A stretch of 54,388 nt of DNA from an uncultured virus (IMG/VR IMGVR_UViG_2061766007_000491) (lineage: Duplodnaviria; Heunggongvirae; Uroviricota; Caudoviricetes), in the IMG/VR virus record IMGVR_UViG_2061766007_000491; one strand, given 5' to 3'. Under the pieces are notes generated by a model. The model was not told where the DNA came from and did not search any database. It saw only the letters and a program-made list of their open reading frames with translations. Positions 10,071-19,200 of the stretch are shown one piece after another. A program made the translations under genes and the position numbers. Numbering within the stretch: the first letter of the stretch is position 1; the number at the start of each line of letters is the position of its first letter.

Positions 10071-10380
10071 AGAGGCGTTATTACAGACGGCAAAGCTGGT
10101 TCTGGTGTGTGACAGACCACAGCAGAAGGCAGAATTGTACGCTGATGTTTATAATGCGTTTTTTAAGCCGTATGTGGACACTAAGCTGGTGGATGATAGG
10201 AGTGTGCAGGTATGGGTTTATAAGCGGTTGGACAAGCACATGGAAGCATACGATATTGGGTATGACGAGGAAGAGCGTTTTGTGAACGGTGTACTGGGTG
10301 ACGTGAAGGTGTTACGAGACTTGATGAATGCCATGAGTGTGTCGAAGGACGCAGTTTTTTCGTTTGTAGAATCATGTTAG
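10045..10380 (+). CDS. Hypothetical protein
   Basis: ORF in the coupled string. Confidence 0.6.
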   Translation: MDIDMKCNREALLQTAKLVLVCDRPQQKAELYADVYNAFFKPYVDTKLVDDRSVQVWVYKRLDKHMEAYDIGYDEEERFVNGVLGDVKVLRDLMNAMSVSKDAVFSFVESC

Positions 10381-10592
10381 AGATCAAAAAGGTATTAGAG
10401 GATTATGAAGCGGGTAAGATCAAGCTGTCACCTGCGTTTGTGGAAGAGTTGAGACAATACGGTGATGATAAGGTTTTACTGGCTATGCCTACCGTTGACG
10501 GTAATAAGATGATCGTGATGGATAAGACGAAAGCAACCGAGTTGTATGAATTAGCAAAAAAGGAGATACAGAAAAATGTATATAGTTTATAA
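10374..10592 (+). CDS. Hypothetical protein
   Basis: ORF in the coupled string. Confidence 0.6.
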   Translation: MLEIKKVLEDYEAGKIKLSPAFVEELRQYGDDKVLLAMPTVDGNKMIVMDKTKATELYELAKKEIQKNVYSL

Positions 10593-11205
10593 GACGGCCA
10601 CCACAGGATTGTGGGATAGGAACAAGGAAATGGGTGATGCGACACAGGCCAGAATGTGTGGCTTGGCGTGGTGTTTATACGATGACAATGGAGCGGTGCT
10701 GGGCAATGAGAAGTATCGGATATGCAAGTTGCCAGAGGGTGTCGAGATACCCGTGACAGCTTCGAGAATACACGGTATCACAAATGAGATATGCAAAGAG
10801 GCAGGTAAGCCGATACGCTGGGTTTTAGGCGAGTTCCTGATGGACTGGTACAAGGCGAACTATGAATGTGTGTTTACGTTCCCGTTTGACTTGAATATAA
10901 TTTCTAATGAGTTATACTTGGACGGGCGAGAAACGCTTTGGCAGCTACGAGAAAAGCGTGGGAGCTTTCCTTACTACGATCTGATGGAGGACAGTAAGCC
11001 GTTCTGTGGAATGAAAAACGAATGGGGTAAGTGGAAAGCACCTAAGATGTTCCTGGCTTATGAGCTTTTAACAGGGAATAAGTGGGGGTTTAACCCGACT
11101 TTGATCGAGCAGGTAAACAAGTTGTCAGAGTTGTTTCAGGCGTTAAAGCGGAGATACAATGAGCAGAACAAACTTGAGAATCAACCTAGTGAGTTGCCTG
11201 TCTGA
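10576..11205 (+). CDS. DnaQ/DEDD-fold exonuclease homologue, apparently catalytically degenerate
   Basis: IVYKTATTGL in place of the usual FDxETTGL; SRIHGIT and FD motifs retained. Confidence 0.65.
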   Translation: MYIVYKTATTGLWDRNKEMGDATQARMCGLAWCLYDDNGAVLGNEKYRICKLPEGVEIPVTASRIHGITNEICKEAGKPIRWVLGEFLMDWYKANYECVFTFPFDLNIISNELYLDGRETLWQLREKRGSFPYYDLMEDSKPFCGMKNEWGKWKAPKMFLAYELLTGNKWGFNPTLIEQVNKLSELFQALKRRYNEQNKLENQPSELPV

Positions 11206-11330
11206 CTATGAGCCGAGCGGAATAATAGCAGATAGGATATATAAAGAACTTGTGAAACGGCAGGGGGGNNNNNNNNNNNNNNNNNNNNNNNNNNNNNNNN
11301 NNNNNNNNNNNNNTTCCTGACGGTGCATTA

Positions 11331-12161
11331 TTGAACGTGTATGTGAGCGAACTGGACAAGGATATACCGTTAGCGGATATACCGAAGTTCAGCACGAACT
11401 TGGACACGTTTTACATTACGTGGTTTCGGGGGACTAATATCAGTCCTGAGATTGTGGCATTGCTGAACAAAAAGAATGTAACGGTGATCGTGCCGAGCGA
11501 GTTTTGCCTGACGGTGCTGACAGCCAGCGGTGTGGAATGTCCGATGTACCTGATACCGTTTGGAGTGGATGCAGTTGAAGAGGATGACACCATTGATTAT
11601 GAACTGCCGAAGGACGGTGAACGGACACGGTTCTTAGCTGTGTTGAACCAGTGGGATAACGTGGACAATGCCGAGGTCGCAGCGTACTTGTTTACAGCAT
11701 TGAATGAAGCGGTCAAGAAGGATGCGGAACTGGTGATTAAAGCGAACGGCGTGATGCTGAACAAAGAATGCAGTGAGGGTATTAAGATACTGGATAAGAT
11801 AGTGCCATATAACAGCATGAAAGAGTTATACAGACAGTGCGACTATTTTATATCACTGCACCATTGCCAGTGCTTCGACATGGATATGCTGAGGGCTATG
11901 AGCTATGGTCTGCCCGTGATCGCACCTCGCTTTGCGGGGAACTTGGAGTATTTTAGTAACCATGTAGGCTGGGAAGTGCCTTTCGAGTATGGATATAGGA
12001 ATGGGAACATGGTGTGTGTGTTTGATATAGACGAGACTGTTAAGCTAGTCAATGAAGCCTGTGTGACCCGACAAGAAAGCAAGGGCAAGCTGGCTTATGG
12101 TACGGCGAAACGATATACATGGTATGAGTTTGTGCGGAGACTGTTAGATGTTGTATATTAG
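11331..12161 (+). CDS. Glycosyltransferase (GT-B/GT4-like); 5' end next to an N-gap
   Basis: ELYRQCDYFISL...AMSYGLPVIAP; paralogous to the next ORF. Confidence 0.75.
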   Translation: MNVYVSELDKDIPLADIPKFSTNLDTFYITWFRGTNISPEIVALLNKKNVTVIVPSEFCLTVLTASGVECPMYLIPFGVDAVEEDDTIDYELPKDGERTRFLAVLNQWDNVDNAEVAAYLFTALNEAVKKDAELVIKANGVMLNKECSEGIKILDKIVPYNSMKELYRQCDYFISLHHCQCFDMDMLRAMSYGLPVIAPRFAGNLEYFSNHVGWEVPFEYGYRNGNMVCVFDIDETVKLVNEACVTRQESKGKLAYGTAKRYTWYEFVRRLLDVVY

Positions 12162-13209
12162 AGGACACTTTGATAATTGCAACTCATACGGTATCTTAGC
12201 CAGTGAGTTGGCTATGGCAATGATCGAGTTGGGTGTGGACGTGCGGATTATCCCGATGCCTGGGAGTGGGTTCAGGGATGCGGATAATAAGCTGATGGAA
12301 TCACCGCTGGACAGGTATGAGTTGCCTTGGTCGTATAAGGCTGAGAAGGAACTGGTGATACAGCCACCAGTGGTGACTAGGAGCTTTTGGAAAAACGGGA
12401 CTATCGGGAAGAGATATGTCCATTTGACGATGTTTGAGACACCGAGGATATACCATGAGTGGGTCGAGTTTGAGAATACCTGTGAAGCGGTCGTGTTGCC
12501 GAATGAACTGAACGTGCTTGGGTTCCATTGCTGCGGTGTGAATGTGCCGATGTATAAAATCCCTTTGGGCTACGATGAAAAGGTGTTTCACTATCGAGGA
12601 ATGCGCACAGACGGCTTATGCGTGTTTGGAATTGGTGGAAGGATACATCCTAACACAGACATAAGAAAAGGCGTTAAAGACGCTGTAGGGCTGTTTAATG
12701 AGGCATTCCCAGATGAAGAGGATGTGCGGTTAGAGGTAAAATCATTCCAGTACGATGCAGCCGTTGTGCAGAGCATGGATAAGCGGATTAAGTTTATCAG
12801 GGCGATGTTCACAAAACAGCAGATGTCAGACTGGTATAGTGGATTGACGGCTTATTTGAGTATGAGCAGATCAGAGGGCTGGGGATTGATGCAGATGGAA
12901 GCGATGGTGACTGGACGACCGATCATTAGCACACGGTACATGGGGATTAAAGAGTTCTGCACGAGACAAGCGATGTATGAAGTGGATTGGGATTGCGAGC
13001 CTGGAAAGGTGTATGGGTTGAACTTCCCAACAGGCGTGTGGACAAGACCAGTGTTAGAGAGTATTATTGAGCAGATGCGAGCGGTGTACGATGACGATTA
13101 TCTGGCAAGGGCAAAGGGTGTTCTGGCATACAACCAAGTAAAGCACTTGACGTGGAAAAACAGTGCCAGTGCGTTGTTAAAGATTTTAAGGAAGTTAGAT
13201 TATGTCTAA
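12148..13209 (+). CDS. Glycosyltransferase family 4-like
   Basis: RKG motif and SRSEGWGLMQMEAMVTGRPII (EX7E motif). Confidence 0.85.
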   Translation: MLYIRGHFDNCNSYGILASELAMAMIELGVDVRIIPMPGSGFRDADNKLMESPLDRYELPWSYKAEKELVIQPPVVTRSFWKNGTIGKRYVHLTMFETPRIYHEWVEFENTCEAVVLPNELNVLGFHCCGVNVPMYKIPLGYDEKVFHYRGMRTDGLCVFGIGGRIHPNTDIRKGVKDAVGLFNEAFPDEEDVRLEVKSFQYDAAVVQSMDKRIKFIRAMFTKQQMSDWYSGLTAYLSMSRSEGWGLMQMEAMVTGRPIISTRYMGIKEFCTRQAMYEVDWDCEPGKVYGLNFPTGVWTRPVLESIIEQMRAVYDDDYLARAKGVLAYNQVKHLTWKNSASALLKILRKLDYV

Positions 13210-13963
13210 AAAGGTAAAGAAACACTTGTTACTGTGGCATATCGGGTTAGGTGATGCGTTTATGTGTCATGGACTGGTGCGTACACTGGTTGAACGGTAT
13301 GGGGATATAACATTGCCGATACTGCCTGACTATGAGGCGAGCATTAAGTGGATGTTTAAGGACGACCCCAGAATTGAGTTTTTCGTGTTGCCAGAGTGGA
13401 ATAAGTTGGTGAACGACTTAGAGTTAAAGAAGGAACACCTAGCAAAGTACCTGAACTTTAAGGATTGGAATGTAACCGAGATAGGTTTCTTTAATGAGAA
13501 AAACAGGTTATTTGACGGTACTAAAGCGACTATAGATCAGCGGTTTTATGCACAAGCGGATGTGCCTTTTGAGAATAAGTATAACAAGGTTAAGATATTA
13601 AGGGCAAGCAACCAGATTGAAGTGCCGAAAGGTAAGTATGCGTTCGTGCATTGGGATAAAACGAGGGGCATGACGTTTGACTTGGACTTGATGGATAAGC
13701 GGTTGAAGGTGGTGCAGAGTACAGATTATAAGCGTGAGAATATCTTTGAGTATGTTGATTTGATACGAGGGGCTGCTGAGATACACGTTGCGGATTCCAG
13801 CTTTGCGAACCTGATTGAGCTAGTGGGTGCGCCTGGTAAGAAGTGGGTTTACGATACGAAACATTTGAGAGTACGAACACAGGGATTCCCGACATACCTG
13901 AGAGACTGGACGATTGTGGATGTGAAAGGGAATCATTTTACACAGATACCGAAAAGGAAGTGA
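13202..13963 (+). CDS. Putative glycosyltransferase (GT9-like motifs)
   Basis: HIGLGDAF near the N-terminus and IHVADSSFANL. Confidence 0.55.
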   Translation: MSKKVKKHLLLWHIGLGDAFMCHGLVRTLVERYGDITLPILPDYEASIKWMFKDDPRIEFFVLPEWNKLVNDLELKKEHLAKYLNFKDWNVTEIGFFNEKNRLFDGTKATIDQRFYAQADVPFENKYNKVKILRASNQIEVPKGKYAFVHWDKTRGMTFDLDLMDKRLKVVQSTDYKRENIFEYVDLIRGAAEIHVADSSFANLIELVGAPGKKWVYDTKHLRVRTQGFPTYLRDWTIVDVKGNHFTQIPKRK

Positions 13964-13966
13964 GTT

Positions 13967-14587
13967 ATGGCAAAAGTAATGGATTATTATGTACCTTCTA
14001 TGGGTATAGAAGTTGAAGCGGTTTACTGGATTCCCACAAGGGTAACAGTTGACAAAAGGGAAGGTCATGTGATTATCCAGTTGACAGGCTACAGAGACAG
14101 AGAGAGCCGTCAGGCTGGCGAGAACGTGATTGATACAAAGGTGTGGGACTTGTGGAACACCGAGGCACTTGACTTTATTGAAGGGCTTGTACGGTGCGAA
14201 TACAATGCGATCAAGTACATCTATGAGTGGGTGACGAACCGAAACGATGTCTTGGATGTATTGACTGGCGAGACACGGAGCTTCTTTGCAGGGGCTATTG
14301 ATATATTTGAACAGGAAGAGGAAAGAGAACAAGATGACACCGAAGAAGAGCAAGATCAAGCTGACGAAGAGCCAGAGGTTGAAGCTGAGGGAAGCACGGA
14401 GGAACCTATGGACAGTATTGAGTCAGAATCAGGAGAAGATACAGGCATTGACCTCTCTGAGTCAATTACAATCCCAGGGGGCGCAACAGCACCCGAAGTA
14501 GAGTCTAATGAGGATGATTATGATTTTAATGGTGGGTTAGTTATTCCACCTACAGAGGGCGAGGAAGAGGAGCAGAATAATGGCTAA
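13967..14587 (+). CDS. Hypothetical protein with a long acidic tail
   Basis: C-terminal ~90 aa dominated by E/D. Confidence 0.7.
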   Translation: MAKVMDYYVPSMGIEVEAVYWIPTRVTVDKREGHVIIQLTGYRDRESRQAGENVIDTKVWDLWNTEALDFIEGLVRCEYNAIKYIYEWVTNRNDVLDVLTGETRSFFAGAIDIFEQEEEREQDDTEEEQDQADEEPEVEAEGSTEEPMDSIESESGEDTGIDLSESITIPGGATAPEVESNEDDYDFNGGLVIPPTEGEEEEQNNG

Positions 14588-15323
14588 GTTTGTATTTTGT
14601 TTTCCAGGGAGGACGTTCAGCAATAACTTTCTGGCAGCGTGGACGGAAACGGTTACGCAGATGCAGAAGGAAGGACACCAAGTACGTCTGAGCATGGCAC
14701 AGGACAGCAATGTGTACTACGTGCGCCAGAAGTGCGTGGGTGCGTCTGTGCTGAATGGTAAGAGACAGAAGCCTTGGCAGTTGCAGGATAAGACGTTACA
14801 CCCTGCGTACTTGGAGGCTATGGACTACGACTACATGATGTGGATTGACTCTGATGTGGTTTGGAGATATAGCCAGATTAAGATGCTGATACAGGATAAT
14901 AAGCCTATTGTCAGTGGGCTGTATATCATGGAAGGGAATAAGGCGTTTACGGCGGTGATTGATTGGGATGAGAACTTTTACCGTGACAGAGGTGCGTTCC
15001 ATTTTGTAGAACCCCATGAGTTAAAGAAACTTCCTAACTTGTTTAAGGTAGCGTATATTGGCTTTGGGTTTATCCTGATTAAAAAAGGTGTGTTCGAGAA
15101 GCTGGAATATCCTTGGTTTAGACCGATCATGTATCACTTTAAGGGTGAGGTACAGGACTTTTGTTCTGAGGATGTAGGCTGGTGCAGAACAGCAACACAG
15201 CACGGCTTAGAGATTTGGATAGACAAGCGTGTGATCGTGGGACATGAGAAGCCTGTGGTGCTGGGTACGGATTTAGTGAAAAAAAGCATGGAAGAGTGCG
15301 AAAAACTGACGATAAACACTTGA
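14580..15323 (+). CDS. GT-A fold glycosyltransferase
   Basis: DYMMWIDSD (DxD), GFGFILIK, SEDVGWC, VGHEK. Confidence 0.8.
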   Translation: MAKFVFCFPGRTFSNNFLAAWTETVTQMQKEGHQVRLSMAQDSNVYYVRQKCVGASVLNGKRQKPWQLQDKTLHPAYLEAMDYDYMMWIDSDVVWRYSQIKMLIQDNKPIVSGLYIMEGNKAFTAVIDWDENFYRDRGAFHFVEPHELKKLPNLFKVAYIGFGFILIKKGVFEKLEYPWFRPIMYHFKGEVQDFCSEDVGWCRTATQHGLEIWIDKRVIVGHEKPVVLGTDLVKKSMEECEKLTINT

Positions 15324-15348
15324 CATGATGGTGTACGTTGTGTAAGCT
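15320..15348 (+). promoter_or_regulatory. Sigma70-like promoter
   Basis: TTGACA-N17-TAAGCT. Confidence 0.4.
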
Positions 15349-15409
15349 AATAAGGTCTCCTACGTTGAAGGGGATGTATGGATTCTTCATGTATTTTAGG
15401 GCTATATGA

Positions 15410-15811
15410 GTGTATAGCCCTTTTTTAGTTAAGACTATAATATGTAAAGCTATGTTGATAGGTATATTAGATAAAAACGAAGTTGTGTTGCGTTTTGAGG
15501 CGCAAGGGAGTCATTTTAGCGAGTACGGTGTTGAATTGCTGTACGATTATTACGCTAAACAGGATAAGGATGTGATGCTGGACATACCCTCTATTGAAGC
15601 GGATTGGAAGGAGTTTGCCAGTGCTAAAGATGCAGTGGATATACTCGCATCGAACCCTGATGAAGTGTATGGCTGGATAACCGATGAAGTAGCCGATGAG
15701 GAAGGTATGCTGAAAGACGACCTGATCTATGAGAAGTGCAAGGAATGGTTAGAGATACAGGATGATTTCGTTGCGCTGGTGTGTGAGGATAGTGTGATGG
15801 TGTTGGAATAA
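15410..15811 (+). CDS. Hypothetical protein
   Basis: ORF; start is probably the internal ATG (MLIGI). Confidence 0.6.
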   Translation: MYSPFLVKTIICKAMLIGILDKNEVVLRFEAQGSHFSEYGVELLYDYYAKQDKDVMLDIPSIEADWKEFASAKDAVDILASNPDEVYGWITDEVADEEGMLKDDLIYEKCKEWLEIQDDFVALVCEDSVMVLE

Positions 15812-15847
15812 AATGTGCATAAATGTGCATAAATGTGCATAAATGTG
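15811..15847. repeat. Tandem 10-bp repeat AAATGTGCAT x3.7
   Basis: Read directly; lies just upstream of promoter motif copy 2. Confidence 0.9.
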
Positions 15848-15855
15848 AAAATAAT

Positions 15856-15893
15856 TGTAGAAAAAACGCCTCGAAAAGTATATTATGAGAGTG
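15856..15893 (+). promoter_or_regulatory. Recurrent phage promoter motif, copy 2
   Basis: TGTAGAAAAAACGCCTCGAAAAGTATATTATGAGAGTG. Confidence 0.65.
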
Positions 15894-15930
15894 TACGCCA
15901 TTGTGGGTGTACGATTATTGTTCATTGTTA

Positions 15931-16010
15931 GGGGCGAATTGAGTTTAGATGTAACTCTTAGGCATAGCGACCTGGGTGGGTCGTTACGGTGTAGCAAGAC
16001 AGTTCGCCCT
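15931..16010 (+). ncRNA. Putative structured RNA (multi-stem junction)
   Basis: Closing stem GGGCGAATTG/CAGTTCGCCC encloses GAGTT/AACTC and TAGCGACC/GGTCGTTA hairpins. Confidence 0.4.
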
Positions 16011-16016
16011 TTTAAT

Positions 16017-16092
16017 GTCCCCATAGCTCAAATGGATAGAGCAGTGGTTTCCTAAACCATAGATCGCAGTTCAATTCTGTGTGGGGATGCCA
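16017..16092 (+). tRNA. tRNA-Arg(CCT)
   Basis: GTCCCCA/TGGGGAT acceptor stem, anticodon arm GTGGT-TTCCTAA-ACCAT, T-loop, encoded CCA. Confidence 0.9.
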
Positions 16093-16365
16093 GATTTCGG
16101 CAGGTGTTTTATCGTTTTGTCACCTGCCGTTATGCCGAAAGGCGGTTAANNNNNNNNNNCTGCGAGGCCAATGCGCAGTACACCTGACGGGTCAGGCAGT
16201 AGCGGAACTATGGTCGCAATGGCTGGGAAGAGCCGATAGTGGATTCCCTCTTTTTTGGTTTTGTGGGGNNNNNNNNNNNNNNNNNTAGCGGATTTTAGCC
16301 ATAAAAACATAAGCATAAACAAAGTCCTAAGAAAATGTTGTTTAAGTTATACACCCTTTTTTACT

Positions 16366-16647
16366 ATGAAGGTGAGCGAATACGCAAATAAGCTGATACG
16401 AGCCAGCGGTGAGAGGCAGAGAATAGAGGACAGAGCCTTGCTGGAATATGCGAAGGTACGATTTTTCGACCGTGCCAAGAGTATGGGACTGCGCCCAGCC
16501 GTGAAGGTAAGAGTGAAACATAGTGGGCTAAGTTTTTGGCAACGGGTATTACATGGAATAGATATTTTGGTTGGTAGAGATACAGAGTTCGTGTTATTTT
16601 TGAACAGCAAGAGTATTGCAGTGTGTGATGAACGGAGATCAGATTAA
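16366..16647 (+). CDS. Hypothetical protein
   Basis: Likely start MKVSEY inside ORF 16255-16647. Confidence 0.55.
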   Translation: MKVSEYANKLIRASGERQRIEDRALLEYAKVRFFDRAKSMGLRPAVKVRVKHSGLSFWQRVLHGIDILVGRDTEFVLFLNSKSIAVCDERRSD

Positions 16648-16993
16648 GACAGTTCCGATGGGGCAGCCTTGGTTGGTAGGTATGTACCATAACAGACTGA
16701 ACCCGATGGAACACAAGATAAGCCTGAGAACCTGCTTTGAAAAGAAGGAACTACAGGCGTTGATTGAACAGGCATCCGCAGCAGTGCCACCGCCAGAGGG
16801 TAAAGAGGGTGAGTATGTGCCAACGACATACACATCCGAGGTGCGTTTACCGCTTGGCCCTGGTATGGTATTGCCGATAGAGATCAGCCTTGAGGTGTAT
16901 GACGAGGATAAGGTGAAACTGAATCAGACGTTGTACGGGTATGCGAGGAGTCAGGTAGAAGGTAAAGGTGAAAGCCCGATCATTAAGCCATGA
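16616..16993 (+). CDS. Hypothetical protein
   Basis: ORF coupled by ATGA to the next gene. Confidence 0.65.
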   Translation: MQCVMNGDQIKTVPMGQPWLVGMYHNRLNPMEHKISLRTCFEKKELQALIEQASAAVPPPEGKEGEYVPTTYTSEVRLPLGPGMVLPIEISLEVYDEDKVKLNQTLYGYARSQVEGKGESPIIKP

Positions 16994-17388
16994 CCCCTAT
17001 TGAGGAAATGACGAACATGGTGCGCCGAGCGGAGGATGATTACACTCGATTTAACGAGCTTTTATTTGAGTACCGCTCTACTAGCCACACCAGTGATAAA
17101 AATGGCTTACAGGCCAAGCTGGACGCATTAGAAACGATTTTAATAGAAGGGTCTAGTGTTCAGACACAGCTTTATCTTATCAAATACTTCATATTGACGA
17201 AAGTGATGAAGGATTTACCGTTACAAGCAGTGAATAAGTTGAAGGTACGGTTGACACAGTTGGATGAGCTAAGGGAAGGTGTACGGTCAGCTATGTTTCC
17301 GCTGGTTGAGGCGAGCAAGGGCATCCGTGAACGGCATTTTGATTTGTTAGAAGAGACTAAAAAGATGGAATTTCGAGATACAGAGTAG
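16990..17388 (+). CDS. Hypothetical helical protein
   Basis: 132 aa ORF. Confidence 0.65.
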   Translation: MTPIEEMTNMVRRAEDDYTRFNELLFEYRSTSHTSDKNGLQAKLDALETILIEGSSVQTQLYLIKYFILTKVMKDLPLQAVNKLKVRLTQLDELREGVRSAMFPLVEASKGIRERHFDLLEETKKMEFRDTE

Positions 17389-17393
17389 TTTTT

Positions 17394-17431
17394 TGTAGAA
17401 AAAGTGTCTCGAAAAGGATATTATGAGAGTG
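17394..17431 (+). promoter_or_regulatory. Recurrent phage promoter motif, copy 3
   Basis: TGTAGAAAAAGTGTCTCGAAAAGGATATTATGAGAGTG upstream of the recombination operon. Confidence 0.65.
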
Positions 17432-17467
17432 TAGTCCTATTATGGGACTGAAAAATAGAGTTAAGAT

Positions 17468-18586
17468 ATGGAAAATAATGGTATGATGGGTTTCCAGCCG
17501 ATTCCGATTGGCAGTTACATGAAACCTGTAGGTATTGAGAGGTTAAGATTGAACGATGGACAGTCCGAGATATGCTCAATCATTAGTGCAGAGGCATATA
17601 CGGTTCATGTGCATTACGATGAAGAATTAAGGATGCTTTTCCACTGCTTTAAGGGGCAGTGTTGCATTGAAAACGCACAGCCACAGGACAGATATGTGGT
17701 TCCTGTACTGTGTTATAGCGGTACGAAAGAGAGCTATGGCCCTCCGTACACGTTGAAGTACCTGATTATGGGTAAGATGGTGTATGAACGTCTGTGCAAG
17801 AAGCGTGAGACGTGCCAGCAGGTATTCAAGAGCGATATAAACCTGTGCGATATTGAAGTGATCTGTGAAAACGGTAACTTCCAGACGTTTAACTTTGAGA
17901 TTATCAATAAGGATGCACTTTACAGGATGACTGAGCCGAACTTGGGTCAGGATTTGGTAAGGAGCTTCATGGACGACTGGAACGCTCTGGCATTCAACAG
18001 CATTGCAAAGCCGATGAACGAGCAGAAGTTTATGGAACTGAGGGCTGCTGCCAGAGATAGGCAGTCTATGGCGAATGGCGGTTATGGTCAGAATCCGAAT
18101 AACCGCTTGTATGGTGGACAACAGCAACAGAGATACGGTCAGCAACAGCGGTATGGTGGACAACAGCAATACCAGCAGAGACAATTACAGCAGCCACAGC
18201 AACAGTATGGTGGTGGGTATAATAACCAACAGCAGTATAGACCGCAACAGCACCAGACACAGGCGCAGATTGGTTTTACACCTAGCCCTAGCCAGTTAGC
18301 TGGGACAACGGCTCAAGTGCAACCGATACAGGGTCAGGTAGTGGTTCAACAGCCACAACAGCCTATTATGCAACAGCCACAGGTATTGCAAGTGCAAGCG
18401 CAGACACAGCCATTTACGTCACAGCAACCTGCACAGCCAGTGCAACCACAGCAATACCAGACTGCACAGCCGTCAGGAAGTGATATGAGCGGTGTGGATA
18501 TTGATGCTCTGGTGGCGAACCCACCGCAACAGACACCCTCGCCAGCAGCGGATGAGAGTGACTTCGATCAGATAATGGGTAACTAA
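17468..18586 (+). CDS. Putative single-stranded DNA-binding protein with a Gln-rich linker and acidic tip
   Basis: Folded N-domain with His/Cys cluster, ~170 aa Q/P/G-rich region, C-terminal DESDFDQIMGN; heads the RuvC/RecA/SbcC block. Confidence 0.55.
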   Translation: MENNGMMGFQPIPIGSYMKPVGIERLRLNDGQSEICSIISAEAYTVHVHYDEELRMLFHCFKGQCCIENAQPQDRYVVPVLCYSGTKESYGPPYTLKYLIMGKMVYERLCKKRETCQQVFKSDINLCDIEVICENGNFQTFNFEIINKDALYRMTEPNLGQDLVRSFMDDWNALAFNSIAKPMNEQKFMELRAAARDRQSMANGGYGQNPNNRLYGGQQQQRYGQQQRYGGQQQYQQRQLQQPQQQYGGGYNNQQQYRPQQHQTQAQIGFTPSPSQLAGTTAQVQPIQGQVVVQQPQQPIMQQPQVLQVQAQTQPFTSQQPAQPVQPQQYQTAQPSGSDMSGVDIDALVANPPQQTPSPAADESDFDQIMGN

Positions 18587-19185
18587 TGCGTTTGTTTGTC
18601 TATACACGGGAGGGCAGTGAACCCCAGCAGAGCGATTATGTGGTGGGGATTGACCCAGGTGTAAAGACAAACGGTATTAGTATTCTGGATAAAAGCAACA
18701 TGAGCATTGACATGGAAGCGTTTGAAGAGAAGGGTATCAATGCGAACAGGATATTTTTGCCCTTCTTTTATGTATTTGTGAGAAACCAGGTTAAGCGGTT
18801 CATAGATAAGAAGGTGATGCCTTTGAACGGTACAGTGGAGTGTGTGATAGAGTTCGCCCACATGACAGGCGAGTACAGTCTGGGCATGGCAGTGGTGGTC
18901 AATACATGGCTGAATCTGCTCTTTGCAATCAAAAAGGTTGTGAAGGTGACGCTGATACCGAATCGTGTGCCTGAGTTTTTTCTGAAAAAGAAGAGCGTCA
19001 CCCCGATGGAAACAGTTTGGTTCGTGCGTAAAGCAATGGCAAGGTTTGTGCCTGAGCGAGACATAGCTGTCCATGCGTATGACGCTTTGATTTATATTTT
19101 ATATACACAGTATGGTCTATTAAAGGATATGCTGTCTGATAATGTTAGAGTGCCAGAGCCTCTTATAGTTGAGGTAAACTGGTGA
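18586..19185 (+). CDS. RuvC-like (RNase H fold) Holliday junction resolvase
   Basis: VVGIDPG, central VIE, C-terminal HAYDAL; recombination context. Confidence 0.65.
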   Translation: MRLFVYTREGSEPQQSDYVVGIDPGVKTNGISILDKSNMSIDMEAFEEKGINANRIFLPFFYVFVRNQVKRFIDKKVMPLNGTVECVIEFAHMTGEYSLGMAVVVNTWLNLLFAIKKVVKVTLIPNRVPEFFLKKKSVTPMETVWFVRKAMARFVPERDIAVHAYDALIYILYTQYGLLKDMLSDNVRVPEPLIVEVNW

Positions 19186-19200
19186 TTTATAAATAGATAT

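Noticed and set aside
11206..11330. Possible RNA element around the N-gap before the glycosyltransferases
   Set aside because: Too much sequence is missing to support a structure
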